DNA from: the human T2T-CHM13v2.0 reference genome, Homo sapiens | Length of the DNA stretch: 64,000 bases | Assembly (NCBI RefSeq): GCF_009914755.1 | Contig: NC_060930.1 | Direction: 5' to 3' (one strand) | Shown here: piece by piece, positions 60,476 to 64,000 of the stretch | Position numbering within the stretch: the first letter of the stretch is position 1 | How the letters are laid out: every line of letters begins with the position of its first letter | The notes under the pieces: model-generated | What the model was told of the DNA's origin: nothing | The model's database searches: none | What the model saw: the letters and a program-made list of their open reading frames with translations, nothing else | Translations under genes and position numbers: made by a program

Positions 60476-60926
60476 TCTTTTTTTTTTAACTTTTAAGTTC
60501 AGGGATACATGTACAGGTTCTTTTACATAGATAAAACTTGTATCATGAGGGTTCGTTGTACAGATTATTTCATCTAATAATGGGTACCAGGTATTAAGCC
60601 TAGTACCCATTAGTTATTTCTCCTGATCCTCCCTCTCCTCCCACCCTCCACCCTCTGATAAGTCCCAGTGTGTGTTGTTCCCCTCTATGTGTCCATGTGT
60701 TCTCATCATTTAGCTCCCACTTATAAGTGAGAACATGTGGTGTTTGGTTTTCTGTTCCTGTGTTAGTTTGCTAAGGATAATGGCCTCCAGCTCCATCCAT
60801 GTCCCTGCAAAGGACATGATCTCATTCTTTTTTATGGCTGCTTAGTATTCCATGATATATATATACACACACACACATATACACACCACATTTTCTTTAT
60901 CCAGTCTATCACTGATGGGCATTTAG
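60476..60926 (-). mobile_element. 5'-truncated L1 3' end (L1PA13-16-like) inside an L2 tail
   Basis: TTTTAAGTTCAGGGATACATG...CCCACTTATAAGTGAGAACATG. Confidence 0.9.
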
Positions 60927-61029
60927 CCTGCCATGTTTCAGATACTGTACTAGGCACTAGAGTTCTACAAATAATAAAATACTCTTTCTGCTCCCAAGGA
61001 ATACATAGCCCAGAGGTGGGGGTCCGAAC

Positions 61030-61395
61030 TTGTATTAGTCTGTTCTCGTGCTACTATGAAGAAATACCTGAGACTGGGTAATTTATAAAGAAGAGAGGTT
61101 TAACTGACCCACAGTTCCACATCCCTGGGGAGGCCTCAGGAAACTTACAATCATGGCAGAAGACACCTCTTCACAGGGCGGCAGGAGAGAGAATGAGGGC
61201 AAGCAGAGGAAATGCCAGACACTTCCAAAACCATCAGGTCTTGTGAGAACTCAGTTACTATCACAAGAACGGTATGGGGAGAAACTGTCCCCATGATTCA
61301 ATTATATCCCACCTGGCTCCTCCCACAACATGTGGGGATTATGGGGATTACAATTCAAGATGAGATTTAGGTGAGGACACAGCCAAACCATACTA
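61030..61395 (-). mobile_element. THE1 (C/D-like) LTR
   Basis: TGTATTAGTCTGTTCTC...CACCTCTTCACAGGGCGGCAGG...CAGCCAAACCATA. Confidence 0.9.
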
Positions 61396-61629
61396 GACAT
61401 GCAAAACATAAGTGCCATACAGAACTATGAGAGCCACAAGAGAGGAGGGGGCGTAATGCAAGTTGAAGGAGAGTGTGGTGTATCCCACTGCCCTATGGAA
61501 GTACTGTCTAAAGAGCGTCCTTGAAGGTGAGTGTGGCAGAAGGCACGTTGACCAAGGGAGATGGTAGGTGCGAATGCCATGGGGCTAAAGAAGTGTGCCA
61601 CAGGTAAGAGAAATGGACATAATGTAAGG

Positions 61630-61830
61630 CAAAATTGTCACAAGCCCAGACTTCAGAAAGCAGACCTGTATTGAAAATTCAATTCTCCACATGTGTAACC
61701 TTGGGAATGTTATACCTACTGTAAAATGGAGGTAAGAATAGCGCCTACCTGATAAGAATGTTGTGAACATTAATTGCAAAGTAAGTGAAATCCTACCCGG
61801 GAGGCCCTTGGCACAGTATGTGTGGCACAA
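61630..61830 (+). mobile_element. MIR
   Basis: TGTGTAACCTTGGG...CTGTAAAATGGAG...TTGTGAACATTAA. Confidence 0.7.
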
Positions 61831-61949
61831 TGATCGTGAGGATGGTTGCTGGAACTACAGCAACAAGGAACAGAACAAGATGAGTCTAAATGAGGTTGGC
61901 CTGACCCCCAGTGAAGAAGGGTCTTCTGCACCATGCCAAGGAATTTTAA

Positions 61950-62800
<851 letters not shown>

Positions 62801-63446
62801 GAGGAGAGCAAATTACTACGTTTTTAGGTAACTAAGTCATGGGGACAAAATATCTTAAGAATGAACTCTCTAAAGAAGAGACTTTGACTCAATTTCAAAA
62901 TGGCTGGAAGGAATCCATCCTGCAGTTCTCCAGCTGGAACCACTGAAAAAAGACATCATAAGGCTTTTTGTGTCTGGGATCATTTACAAATTGTTAAACA
63001 TTGTCTCAGTAGCAGAAAGTAGATCTGAAAAAGTTGACATTAAGCTTCACTTTGGGAGAGTAAGGGTAGCCATACTGGGCTGTGTAAAGATCTCAAGATT
63101 ACTCTAGAAATAACCAGAGTGCCTTAAACTACAATATTAAGCATACTTCATTTAGCTAGAGATGTCAGCACATGGTGGATATGCTGAGATGGTTCAAGTA
63201 AGTGAAGAGTATGGAGAATGTTAGCCACTCCTTTAAAATACTCAAGTCATGGGGAACCATAAAGAGGAAAAATCGGGTCCATCAATAGGGAGATGGTTTT
63301 AAAAAAATGTGGGGGGATATATACAATATCCCAGCAATTTTTTTCATACTCTCATACATAGAAATTAATTGTGACCAAATTCTTATTAACATATTCTGAT
63401 GTATTAAAGATGTTCTAGGACTACAAATATACATATTACATGTTAA

Positions 63447-63750
<304 letters not shown>

Positions 63751-63812
63751 AAATTATAATTTTTATCATGCATTTGTTAAAGTCCTCTAGAGATGTTAAT
63801 TCTTTTTTATAT

Positions 63813-63907
63813 TTCTTTTTACTTTTTGAATAAAGACAAGGTCTCCCTATGCTGCTCAGGCTGGTCTCAAACTCCTGAGCTCAAGGCATGAGCCACTGCA
63901 CCCAGCC
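63813..63907 (-). mobile_element. Internally deleted Alu monomer
   Basis: TSD TAGAG(A/T)TGTTAATTCT. Confidence 0.8.
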
Positions 63908-64000
63908 TAGAGTTGTTAATTCTGCCTTACAACTGCTCACCCATTTCCCCTATCCCTGCCCCCACCTCCAAAGAACAATTCTATCATATTCCCCATTGTT

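Overview
Primate (almost certainly human) non-coding DNA with no recognisable protein-coding exon, RNA gene or CpG island. It is repeat-dense: about 42 Alus, a 5'-intact but 3'-truncated 5.5-kb L1PA element (11330-16823), and many older L2, MIR, L3, MER and MaLR/ERV LTR fragments. Nearly all ORFs in the supplied track come from Alu or L1, or are chance ORFs. The main hidden structure is a heavily decayed Ty3/Gypsy (sushi-ichi-like) LTR retrotransposon on the minus strand (~49150-52951). By hand translation it keeps an LTR and collinear gag, protease, RT and RNase H motifs, interrupted by L2, MER58A and THE1/MST insertions. Two mutation-mechanism signatures also stand out: a 114-bp near-perfect inverted templated copy inserted into an MLT1 LTR (3577-3690 vs 4076-4189), and an AluY with a twin-priming-type 5' inversion (25657-25904). 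Subfamily names and family comparisons come from remembered consensus motifs, not from a search. Boundaries of old repeats are approximate.
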